DNA from: Clostridium sp. CAG:273
Lineage (GTDB): Bacteria; Bacillota; Clostridia; TANB77; CAG-508
DNA length: 39,748 nucleotides
NCBI GenBank assembly: GCA_000438355.1
Contig: FR901446.1
Coordinates: forward strand, 1 to 39,748
Direction of reading: 5' to 3'
This document shows, in pieces, positions 24,653-32,177 of the stretch (position 1 is its first letter; each line of letters starts with the position of its first letter). The position numbers were made by a program, and so were the translations under genes. The notes beneath the pieces are model-generated. The model searched no databases, was not told the origin of the DNA, and was given only the letters and a program-made list of their open reading frames with translations.

Positions 24653-27608
24653 GGTAAAAATATATGAATTAGCAAAAAAATTAGATATTGCAAGTAAGGA
24701 TTTAGTGAATAAAGCAAAGGAATTAGGGATTGATGTAAATAGTCATTTAAGTTCTATAACTATGGATCAAGCAGAAAAACTGGAAAAGAACCTAAAGGGA
24801 ATAAGCAATAATTCTAATAAGCAAGCAAAAGAAGAGAAAATAAAAAAAGAAGAAAATAAAAAGGAAACTAAGCCTGTTATTATTAGAAGAGAGGTAATTA
24901 TTTCTGACGAAGAAGAACAAAAAAGAGAGGACGAGAAAAGAAAACAAAATAGCAGAAAAGATGTTGGTTTTGTTGAAAGAAAATCTCACCAAGATTACAA
25001 CATAGTATATCGTAATAAGCCACAAAAACCACTTACAGTAAGTGAATTATTTGGCTTGGGCAAAAAGGAAGAGAAAAAAGAAGAACCTCCAAAAAAAGAA
25101 GAAATAAAAAAAGAGGTAAAAGTAGAAGAAAAAACTACAGATGTAAAGAAAGAAATTGTTAAAGAAGAAAGTAAAACTAATGTTGCTACTAATGTAGAGA
25201 CAAAAGCTACAACAGTTGTAAAGGAAAATAAAAATCAAGTAAATAATCAAAATAATAATTATAAGAATAACCAAAATAGCAATTATAAAAATGGTCAAAA
25301 TACAAATAATTATCGCAATAATCAAAGAGAAAATAATTTTCATAATAATACAAATTATCATGGAAATCAAAATAATAACTACAGAAATAATGCTAATGGT
25401 TATCGTGATGGAAATGGACAAAATAGATTTAACAATAGAAACAATCAAAATGGACAAAATAAGTTTGGAAATGGAAATGGTCAAAGACAAAACTTTAACA
25501 AATCACAAAGGCCTTTAGATAGCAAAGGAATAGATAGAAATATTAAAGATATAATGTCAACAGAAATTGTAGAAAAAGAAAATCAAAGAGACTACAATAA
25601 TAGAGCTATCGATAAAGCTAAAAGCAATCGCTATGAAGAAAAAAATAAAAAAGCATCACGCTCTAAAAAAGGTGATTTTGACGAATTTGATAGTGGTAAA
25701 CTAAACAAGTTGAAACAAGAAGACAGACTATCACATATGTTTACAGAACAAGATGGTGGAATGCTAGATTATTACGATTTAACAACTGCTAGAGGAAAGA
25801 GAAATAAGAAAAAAATTCAAAAAGACGAAGAAAGGAATAAACAAAAAATATTTGAATTAAAAGAAATTACTATTCCGGATAATATAACAGTAAAAGATTT
25901 AGCAATAGAATTAAAGAAAACAAGTGGCGAAATTATAAAAAAATTATTTAATTATGGAATAATGGCTACAATTAATAATACTGTAGATTTTGATACAGCT
26001 TATTTAGTAGCAAGTGAATTTGGTGTAACAGCTAAGAAAAAAGAAGAAATAAAAGAAGAAGATATCTTATTTGATGATTCTGAAGATAAGGAAGAAGATT
26101 TAAAACCAAGACCACCAGTTGTTGTTGTTATGGGACACGTTGACCATGGTAAAACATCACTTCTAGATGCTATTAGAAAAACTAATGTTATAGAGGGAGA
26201 AGCAGGTGGAATTACACAACATATAGGTGCTTATAAAGTAAATATAAATGGAAGAGAACTTACTTTCTTAGACACTCCAGGACATGAGGCATTTACAAGT
26301 ATGAGAGCTAGAGGTGCTCAAATTACAGATATAGCAATACTTGTAGTTGCAGCAGATGATGGTGTTATGCCACAAACTATAGAAGCTATTAACCACGCAA
26401 AGGCTGCAGAAATTCCAATTATAGTTGCTGTAAATAAAATAGACTTACCAGGAGCCAATATAGATAGAATTAAACAACAATTAATGGAATATGAACTAGT
26501 ACCAGAAGAATGGGGCGGAGATACAATTTTTGTACCTATTTCTGCAAAAAAACATTTAAACATAGAAAATTTACTAGAAATGGTTTTATTAGTTGCAGAT
26601 ATGAAAGAATTAAAAGCAAATCCTAATAAACAAGCGAAAGGAGCTGTTATAGAAGCAAGATTAGATAAAGCAAAAGGACCTATCGCATCTATGTTAGTAC
26701 AAAGAGGAACTTTAAATATTGGAGATACTATAGTTGTAGGTAAATCTATAGGAAAAATAAGAGCAATGAAAAATGACAAAGGACAAAAGGTAAAAGCAGC
26801 AGGTCCATCTACACCTGTTGAAATCATGGGATTAACAGATGTTCCAGAAGCAGGAGATACTTTCTATGAAGTAAAAGACGAAAAAACAGCTAAACACTTA
26901 ATAGAAAGAAGAAAACGCCAAGAAAGAGAAGAACACTTAAATAATGTAAACAAAGTTACATTAAGTAATGTATTTGAAAAAATGGCAAGTGAAAACTTGA
27001 AACAACTTAATATTATAGTAAAAGCAGATGTACAAGGTACTTCAGAAGCTTTAAAACAATCATTAGAAAAATTATCTAATGATGAAGTAAAGGTAAAAGT
27101 TATACATTATAGTGCAGGAGCTGTTACAGAATCAGATGTACAACTTGCAAAAGCTGCAAAAGCTATTATTATTGCATTTAATGTACGTCCTACATCAACA
27201 GCAAAAGAAATGGGAGAAAGAGAAGAAGTAGAAGTAAAACAATATTCTGTAATATATCAAGCTATTGAAGATGTAGAAGCTGCTATGAAGGGAATGCTAG
27301 ACCCTGTATTTGAAGAAAAAGTTATAGGGGAAGCAGAAGTAAGACAAACATTTAGAGTATCTAGTGTTGGAACAATTGCAGGATGTTTTGTACTTAATGG
27401 AAAAGTAGAAAGAAATGCAGGAGTAAGAGTAATAAGAGAAGATGTTGTTATACATGAAGGAAAACTTGTTTCATTAAAGAGATTTAAAGATGATGTTAAA
27501 GAAGTTACAAAAGGATTTGAATGTGGACTTCAAATAGAAAACTATAATGACCTAAAAGAAGGAGATAAAATAGAAGTTTTTGTACAAGAGCAAGTAAAAC
27601 AAGTATAA
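24645..27608 (+). CDS. infB: Translation initiation factor IF-2 with a long K/E-rich and N/Q/G-rich N-terminal region
   Basis: The N-terminus (M)[20 protein letters not shown] is typical of IF-2. The G domain has [20 protein letters not shown] and NKID. The C-terminal domains are conserved. TTG 24645 lies behind a GGGGGTGAGG SD. The track start at 24630 is probably too early. Confidence 0.95.
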   Translation: MDKVKIYELAKKLDIASKDLVNKAKELGIDVNSHLSSITMDQAEKLEKNLKGISNNSNKQAKEEKIKKEENKKETKPVIIRREVIISDEEEQKREDEKRKQNSRKDVGFVERKSHQDYNIVYRNKPQKPLTVSELFGLGKKEEKKEEPPKKEEIKKEVKVEEKTTDVKKEIVKEESKTNVATNVETKATTVVKENKNQVNNQNNNYKNNQNSNYKNGQNTNNYRNNQRENNFHNNTNYHGNQNNNYRNNANGYRDGNGQNRFNNRNNQNGQNKFGNGNGQRQNFNKSQRPLDSKGIDRNIKDIMSTEIVEKENQRDYNNRAIDKAKSNRYEEKNKKASRSKKGDFDEFDSGKLNKLKQEDRLSHMFTEQDGGMLDYYDLTTARGKRNKKKIQKDEERNKQKIFELKEITIPDNITVKDLAIELKKTSGEIIKKLFNYGIMATINNTVDFDTAYLVASEFGVTAKKKEEIKEEDILFDDSEDKEEDLKPRPPVVVVMGHVDHGKTSLLDAIRKTNVIEGEAGGITQHIGAYKVNINGRELTFLDTPGHEAFTSMRARGAQITDIAILVVAADDGVMPQTIEAINHAKAAEIPIIVAVNKIDLPGANIDRIKQQLMEYELVPEEWGGDTIFVPISAKKHLNIENLLEMVLLVADMKELKANPNKQAKGAVIEARLDKAKGPIASMLVQRGTLNIGDTIVVGKSIGKIRAMKNDKGQKVKAAGPSTPVEIMGLTDVPEAGDTFYEVKDEKTAKHLIERRKRQEREEHLNNVNKVTLSNVFEKMASENLKQLNIIVKADVQGTSEALKQSLEKLSNDEVKVKVIHYSAGAVTESDVQLAKAAKAIIIAFNVRPTSTAKEMGEREEVEVKQYSVIYQAIEDVEAAMKGMLDPVFEEKVIGEAEVRQTFRVSSVGTIAGCFVLNGKVERNAGVRVIREDVVIHEGKLVSLKRFKDDVKEVTKGFECGLQIENYNDLKEGDKIEVFVQEQVKQV

Positions 27609-27683
27609 ATAAACATTGATAAAATAAATAATAATTCAAGCAAGCATAAATAATAAGTAAAATAAGCATAATAATATAATAAT

Positions 27684-27737
27684 AAGTAAAACTATAAAAG
27701 ATACAAAAATATAAACAAAAATTTTATAGTTTTACTT
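27684..27737 (+). terminator. Perfect 16-bp AT-rich hairpin after infB (possible terminator or processing site)
   Basis: AAGTAAAACTATAAAA (27684..27699) and TTTTATAGTTTTACTT (27722..27737) are exact complements with a 22-nt loop. No clean U-tract follows. Confidence 0.4.
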
Positions 27738-27847
27738 ATATTAAAATATAATGACAATGCTATAAAAATATTATATAAATACTAAAAGTTCAACGAAATA
27801 TATTTATTATGTCTATAATATTTTAGAATTGTTAGAAAGGATAAAAA

Positions 27848-28255
27848 ATGTCTAAAGATAATACAAGACTAAATAGAATTAATGAAGAATTAAAAAAAGA
27901 AATAAGTCATGTAATTACATTTGAGCTTAAAAATGCTAATATAACAGGATTAATAAGTGTTACAAAGGTAAAAATAACACCTGACTTAAGATTTGCAAGA
28001 GTATATGTTAGTTTGTTAAACTCAAAAAGTAAAATAAAGACTATGGAGGGTCTTCAAAGTGCATCAGGCTATATAAGAGGACAAATAGCTAAGAAAATAA
28101 ATTTGCGTGTTACCCCAGATTTACAGTTTGAATTAGATGAATCTATGGAGTATGGGGAAAAAATGGATAAAATAATAGCAGATGCAATAAGAAAAGACAA
28201 AGAAATTATAGAAAATAATAAAAATATTGATTTAGATGCTGGAAAACAAGAATAA
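27848..28255 (+). CDS. rbfA: Ribosome-binding factor A
   Basis: R.NRINEELKKEISHVI...L....ITGLISVTKVKITPDLRFARVYVS is canonical RbfA. Confidence 0.92.
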   Translation: MSKDNTRLNRINEELKKEISHVITFELKNANITGLISVTKVKITPDLRFARVYVSLLNSKSKIKTMEGLQSASGYIRGQIAKKINLRVTPDLQFELDESMEYGEKMDKIIADAIRKDKEIIENNKNIDLDAGKQE

Positions 28256-28306
28256 TTAGTGATACAATTCAAAAGAGTAAAGAAATAAAAGTGAGGAGAA
28301 TTTGTA

Positions 28307-29257
28307 ATGACTTTAGATAATATTAAAGAAGAAATAGATAAAGCGGAAAAAATTGTTATATTAACACATGAAAATCCAGATGGTGATGCTATAGGAAGTG
28401 GATTAGCAATGTATAATGCACTAAAAGAATATGGCAAAAATCCAGATATAATTATTCCAGAATACTCAAGAATATTTAAGTTCTTGCCAGGTACAGACGA
28501 AATAAAAACAGAAAGTGATATAGAACAATATGATTTAGCAATTTCTTTAGATTGTGCAACTATAAAAATGTTAAATGGTTTTGCAAAATATTTTGAAAAT
28601 GCTAAAATGAAAGTTAACATAGATCACCATGGAACAAATACTATGTTTGGAAACTATAATTACGTAAATCCAGCAGCGCCAGCATGTGCACAAATATTGT
28701 TAGTAGTTTTAGAGTATTTTGGAATAGAAATTACAAAAGATATAGGAACATGTATATTAACAGGAATTATAACAGACACGGGAGGCTTTAGATATGAAGG
28801 TGTTACAGCAGACACTTTTGAGTTTGTATCATGGCTTTTAAATAAAGGTGTAAATGTGTCTAAAATATATAAAAAAGTTTTACAAACTAAAACTAAAGCA
28901 AATTTTGAATTAACAAAACTTGCAACAGAAAGAATTGAATTTTTTGAAGATGGAAAGGTCTCTTTTACATATATAACAAAAGCAGATGAAAATGCTGTAA
29001 ATGCAGGTCAAGGAGACAAAGAAGGAATTGTAGAAATAGGAAGAGATGTTGAAGGCGTAGAAGTTTCTGTATTTGTAACAGAATCTAATAAAGGAATAAA
29101 ATGTTCTTTGCGTTCAAATGAATATGTAAATGTTTCAGATATTTGTTTAGCATTTGGCGGTGGAGGACATATAAAAGCAGCAGGATGTACAATACAAGGT
29201 TGTACAATAGAACAGGCAAAAGAAAAAATATTAAGACAAATTAAAACAGCATTATAA
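28307..29257 (+). CDS. nrnA: DHH/DHHA1 phosphoesterase NrnA (oligoribonuclease / pAp phosphatase)
   Basis: THENPDGDAIGS, LDCA, NIDHHGTN, GIITDTGGFRY and FGGGGHIKAAG are DHH motifs I-IV plus the DHHA1 GGGH. Confidence 0.85.
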   Translation: MTLDNIKEEIDKAEKIVILTHENPDGDAIGSGLAMYNALKEYGKNPDIIIPEYSRIFKFLPGTDEIKTESDIEQYDLAISLDCATIKMLNGFAKYFENAKMKVNIDHHGTNTMFGNYNYVNPAAPACAQILLVVLEYFGIEITKDIGTCILTGIITDTGGFRYEGVTADTFEFVSWLLNKGVNVSKIYKKVLQTKTKANFELTKLATERIEFFEDGKVSFTYITKADENAVNAGQGDKEGIVEIGRDVEGVEVSVFVTESNKGIKCSLRSNEYVNVSDICLAFGGGGHIKAAGCTIQGCTIEQAKEKILRQIKTAL

Positions 29258-29276
29258 TTATAGTTTTAGGTGCAAA

Positions 29277-30203
29277 ATGGATGGAATTATATTAATAAAT
29301 AAAGAAAAAAAATATACATCACATGATGTTGTAGCAAAGGTAAAAAAAATATTAAAAGTAAAAGTGGGACATACTGGAACATTAGACCCTAATGCAACTG
29401 GTATATTACCACTTTTATTAGGCAATGCCACAAAAATTTCAAAATATTTAATAAATCATAATAAAGAATATATTGCAGAATTAAAACTTGGAGTAAAAAC
29501 AGACACTGCAGATGGAGAAGGTAAAGTAATTGCAGAGAAACAAGTTAATTTAGAAGAAATATTTGAAAATATAAATGAAAGTATACAACAAATTTTAAAT
29601 AGTTTTGTAGGAAAGACTTTACAAAAACCCCCAATGTATTCTGCAATTAAAGTAAATGGAAAAAAATTATATGAATATGCAAGAAAAAATGAGAAAGTTG
29701 AAGTAAAATCAAGACAAATCGAAATATATAAAATGGAATTAATTAAATTTGATTTAAAAGAAAATGTAATCAAATTTAAAGTAAGATGCTCAAAAGGTAC
29801 ATATATAAGAACTTTATGTGAAGATATAGCAGAAAAATTAAATACATATGGATACATGAAAGAACTACAAAGAACAGAAGTTGGAGATTTTAAAATAGAA
29901 AACGCAATTACTATAGGTGAATTAGAAGAATTAGTAAATGAAAATAAGTTAAAAGATAAAATAAATGAAGAGACATTAAATATTGTAAATAGTAAAGATA
30001 GGAAGTATTTTATTAAAATTGAAGAATTGTTTATGGACAAAAATATAATCAATTTAGACGAAGACTTATTAAATAAATTTTTAAATGGTGTAATGATTAA
30101 AAATAACAATATTGATGGGATTTATAGAATATATAATAAAAATAATTATATTGGATTAGGAGTTAATAAAAATCAAAAATTAAAAAGAGATGTAATAGCC
30201 TAA
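29277..30203 (+). CDS. truB: tRNA pseudouridine(55) synthase TruB
   Basis: GIILINKEKKYTSHDVVAKVKKIL..KVGHTGTLDPNATGILP includes the catalytic Asp. PPMYSAIKVNGKKLYEYAR and GTYIRTL are also present. Confidence 0.93.
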   Translation: MDGIILINKEKKYTSHDVVAKVKKILKVKVGHTGTLDPNATGILPLLLGNATKISKYLINHNKEYIAELKLGVKTDTADGEGKVIAEKQVNLEEIFENINESIQQILNSFVGKTLQKPPMYSAIKVNGKKLYEYARKNEKVEVKSRQIEIYKMELIKFDLKENVIKFKVRCSKGTYIRTLCEDIAEKLNTYGYMKELQRTEVGDFKIENAITIGELEELVNENKLKDKINEETLNIVNSKDRKYFIKIEELFMDKNIINLDEDLLNKFLNGVMIKNNNIDGIYRIYNKNNYIGLGVNKNQKLKRDVIA

Positions 30204-30333
30204 ATTTAAATATATCATAAAATTAAAATAAAATCAAATAAAGAAAATGCATAAATTATATTCAAATAAGCATAATAAAAAGAGATAAACAAAGATAAAT
30301 TTAAAATTTTAACATAAATAACAAAAAATAAGA

Positions 30334-30362
30334 TTGAAAATAATTTAAATATATGATAATAT
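30334..30362 (+). promoter_or_regulatory. Sigma-A promoter in front of the structured RNA
   Basis: TTGAAA (30334..30339), 17-nt spacer, TGaTAATAT extended -10 (30354..30362). Confidence 0.5.
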
Positions 30363-30393
30363 ATAAATACATTAAGAATAGTAAATTAATATT

Positions 30394-30578
30394 TCCCTGC
30401 GCGGTGCGTGTAGACTGGAATTTTAGAACCAACAAACTTAAAACGGGAGTCCGCCTTTGAATGTGGCGTGTATGCTTGTTATTTTAATGAGAAACCCAGT
30501 AGCATTCAACAAGACACCCACCTGTGAAAACAGGTCCTTAAAATTTCATTCATCTTACGGCTGAGGTGGGGATTTTTT
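30394..30578 (+). ncRNA. Unassigned structured RNA (stand-alone ncRNA or riboswitch-like leader), about 185-210 nt
   Basis: This is a sharp G+C island. By hand count there are about 80 G+C in 30391..30580 against about 21 in the preceding 190 nt. It contains several complementary segments, listed in the findings. It ends in a GC-rich stem plus T6. The + strand is chosen because of the upstream promoter and the T-run. Confidence 0.55.
30517..30578 (+). terminator. Intrinsic terminator closing the structured RNA
   Basis: CCCACCT (30517..30523) pairs with AGGTGGG (30564..30570). The tail GATTTTTT follows. The intervening region is an unusually large 40 nt. Confidence 0.55.
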
Positions 30579-30580
30579 AA

Positions 30581-30609
30581 TTTACTTTTTATGTAAAGTA
30601 TGGTATAAT
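30581..30609 (+). promoter_or_regulatory. Possible second promoter between the RNA terminator and the small ORF
   Basis: TGgTATAAT extended -10 (30601..30609) with a weak -35 TTTACT (30581..30586). This could be chance in AT-rich DNA. Confidence 0.3.
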
Positions 30610-30644
30610 AAATGATATAATAAATTTATAAAGGAGTGCTTACA

Positions 30645-30998
30645 ATGAAATGCATCCAGATGACTAAAGTAGATGACAGCAAAATTCTTACCCAAAGCGT
30701 TATGAAATTCCTTACAAAACAAGTTGCGAAAGAATTTGACAACGCTGAGGCATGCGTAACAAAAGTACGGAAGAAAAGTATTGACACAGTTGATGTTTGG
30801 CAATTAATAAAAGCCAACGACAGCACTTACCATATTGTTTATATTCTTTTAGGATATAACATAAGTAAATGCGAAATGACTGAAGAAGCAATACTAAATT
30901 CTCCTAAAATTTTGGAGCTGCATGAAGTATTACAACCAAGTGAAGTAGACATAGTAAAGTTTTATTTTCAGGAGGTATGCAAAACAAAAATAAAATAG
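30645..30998 (+). CDS. Hypothetical 117-aa protein with atypical codon usage
   Basis: ATG 30645 lies 8 nt behind an AAAGGAG SD. The frame is open to TAG 30996..30998 and a GC-rich terminator follows 11 nt later. C/G-ending and rare codons (GCC AAC GAC AGC ACT TAC CAT at 30813..30833; CGG at 30768) contrast with neighbouring genes. I recognise no motif. Confidence 0.6.
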   Translation: MKCIQMTKVDDSKILTQSVMKFLTKQVAKEFDNAEACVTKVRKKSIDTVDVWQLIKANDSTYHIVYILLGYNISKCEMTEEAILNSPKILELHEVLQPSEVDIVKFYFQEVCKTKIK

Positions 30999-31009
30999 CA
31001 TTCTAAAAG

Positions 31010-31034
31010 GCGGACCATTTGGTCCGCTAATTTA
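31010..31034 (+). terminator. Intrinsic terminator after the small ORF
   Basis: GCGGACC (31010..31016), loop ATTT, GGTCCGC (31021..31027), then TAATTTATT. Confidence 0.75.
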
Positions 31035-31102
31035 TTACAAAAAGTTTGTTGATATGTACTAGATATTATGTTATATTAAAAATGATAAAAGGTAGGAAAA
31101 TT

Positions 31103-32038
31103 ATGAAATTGCAAGAATTAATTCAAAATAGCAAACATGAACTAGATAGTTTAAATATAGAAGAGGCAGATATAAAGTTAAAAATATTAATAGAATATGT
31201 TTTTAAAATTTCTAAAGAAAAACTAATTCTAAAATATAAAGATGAAATAAACAATAAAAAAGTTGAAGAATTTAGAAATTTATTAAAAAAGTTGGAAAAT
31301 GGAATTCCAATTCAATATATTATTAATAATCAAGAGTTTATGGGACTTAATTTTTACGTGGACGAAGATGTGCTAATACCACAACCAGATACAGAAGTAT
31401 TAGTAGAAGAAGTAATAAAATATTGTAATGAACTTAGAAATAATGAACCAGAAGATAAAGAAACTAATAAAGACTACAAAGAAAATATAGAAAAAGAACC
31501 TATAATTAATAAAGAAGATAAAAATATAAACAAAAAAACAATTAAAATTCTTGATTTATGCACAGGAAGTGGAATAATTGGGATTTCAATTTACAAATAT
31601 TTGGAAAATGTGGAAATATATGCTTCAGATATAAGTCAAAAAGCTTTAAATATAGCAGAAAAAAATACAAATCTAAATAATGCAAAAATAAATTTTATAA
31701 ATTCAGATATGTTTGAAAATATACATATAAAAGATTTTGATATAATTGTTTCAAATCCACCATATATAGAAAGTAAAGTAATAAAAAGTTTAAGCAAAGA
31801 AGTACAAAATGAGCCAAAACTTGCATTAGACGGAGGAGAGGATGGACTAAAATTTTATAGGAGTATATTAGAAAATGCAAAGGACTATTTAAGAAAAAAT
31901 GGAGCTATATTTTTAGAAATTGGATATGACCAAAAAGAAAAGATAGAAGAAATTTTAAAAAGTTATAAAATTTACAAGGAAACGAAATGTATAAAAGATT
32001 TTGGTGGAAATAATAGAGTTATTATTATAAAAAAATAA
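31103..32038 (+). CDS. prmC: Peptide chain release factor N5-glutamine methyltransferase PrmC (HemK)
   Basis: IPIQYIINNQEFMGLNFYVDEDVLIPQPDTE, ILDLCTGSG (SAM motif), IVSNPPYI (NPPY) and EPKLALDGGEDGL are present. I prefer ATG 31103 (MKLQELIQ) behind AAGGTAGGA; the track start at 31046 has no SD. Confidence 0.88.
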   Translation: MKLQELIQNSKHELDSLNIEEADIKLKILIEYVFKISKEKLILKYKDEINNKKVEEFRNLLKKLENGIPIQYIINNQEFMGLNFYVDEDVLIPQPDTEVLVEEVIKYCNELRNNEPEDKETNKDYKENIEKEPIINKEDKNINKKTIKILDLCTGSGIIGISIYKYLENVEIYASDISQKALNIAEKNTNLNNAKINFINSDMFENIHIKDFDIIVSNPPYIESKVIKSLSKEVQNEPKLALDGGEDGLKFYRSILENAKDYLRKNGAIFLEIGYDQKEKIEEILKSYKIYKETKCIKDFGGNNRVIIIKK

Positions 32039-32177
32039 TGTTAAATTAAATAAAGTAAAATGGAATTAGATAAAAATAAATTAAATGATAATAAATACCA
32101 AATATAAAAATAAGTATTTTTAAAGAAAGGAGCATATGGTGTGTTTAAATTATTAAATATATCATATAAGTAATAAA

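Noticed and set aside
24792-26827. Antisense or overlapping ORFs within infB (24792..25025 -, 25047..25490 -, 25291..25518 +, 26318..26827 -).
   Set aside because: They are by-products of the K/E- and N-rich low-complexity coding sequence and of the conserved G domain. They have no independent signals.
30394-30578. Identity of the structured RNA with SRP RNA, tmRNA, RNase P RNA, a T-box, or a TPP, ZTP, c-di-GMP, THF or cobalamin riboswitch.
   Set aside because: I looked for the hallmark strings: the SRP domain IV GGAAG..AGCAGC, the tmRNA GGGG..ACCA ends and tag ORF, the T-box AGGGUGGNACCGCG, the TPP CUGAGA..ACCUGAUCUGGAUAAUGCCAGCG, the ZTP GACUGGCG..CCGCCUGGGC and the B12 box. I did not find them. 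GACTGG and CCGCC occur but not in ZTP-like context. 6S and raiA-motif identity could not be excluded by eye and are left open in the finding.
30381-30584. Imperfect terminal inverted repeat GTAAATTAATATTTCCC / GGGGATTTTTTAATTTAC flanking the RNA, suggesting a MITE-like element or a long closing stem.
   Set aside because: The perfect part is a 9-bp all-AT match, which is plausible by chance in this genome. No target-site duplication is visible. Only one copy is available in the window. Testing it needs a whole-genome copy search.
30582-30826. Minus-strand ORFs 30582..30803 and 30626..30826, opposite the 117-aa ORF.
   Set aside because: The + strand frame has a consensus SD at correct spacing and a terminator 11 nt after its stop. 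The minus-strand frames have neither, and they would run into the RNA terminator.
30394-30998. Type III toxin-antitoxin locus (repetitive RNA antitoxin, terminator, toxin).
   Set aside because: The architecture fits. However, known type III antitoxins are near-perfect tandem repeats. Here I see only a degenerate duplication (GCGTGTAGACTGGAATTTTAGAACC versus GCGTGTATGCTTGTTATTTTAATGAGAAACCC). The ORF is also smaller than ToxN/CptN-type toxins. I kept this only as an alternative hypothesis.
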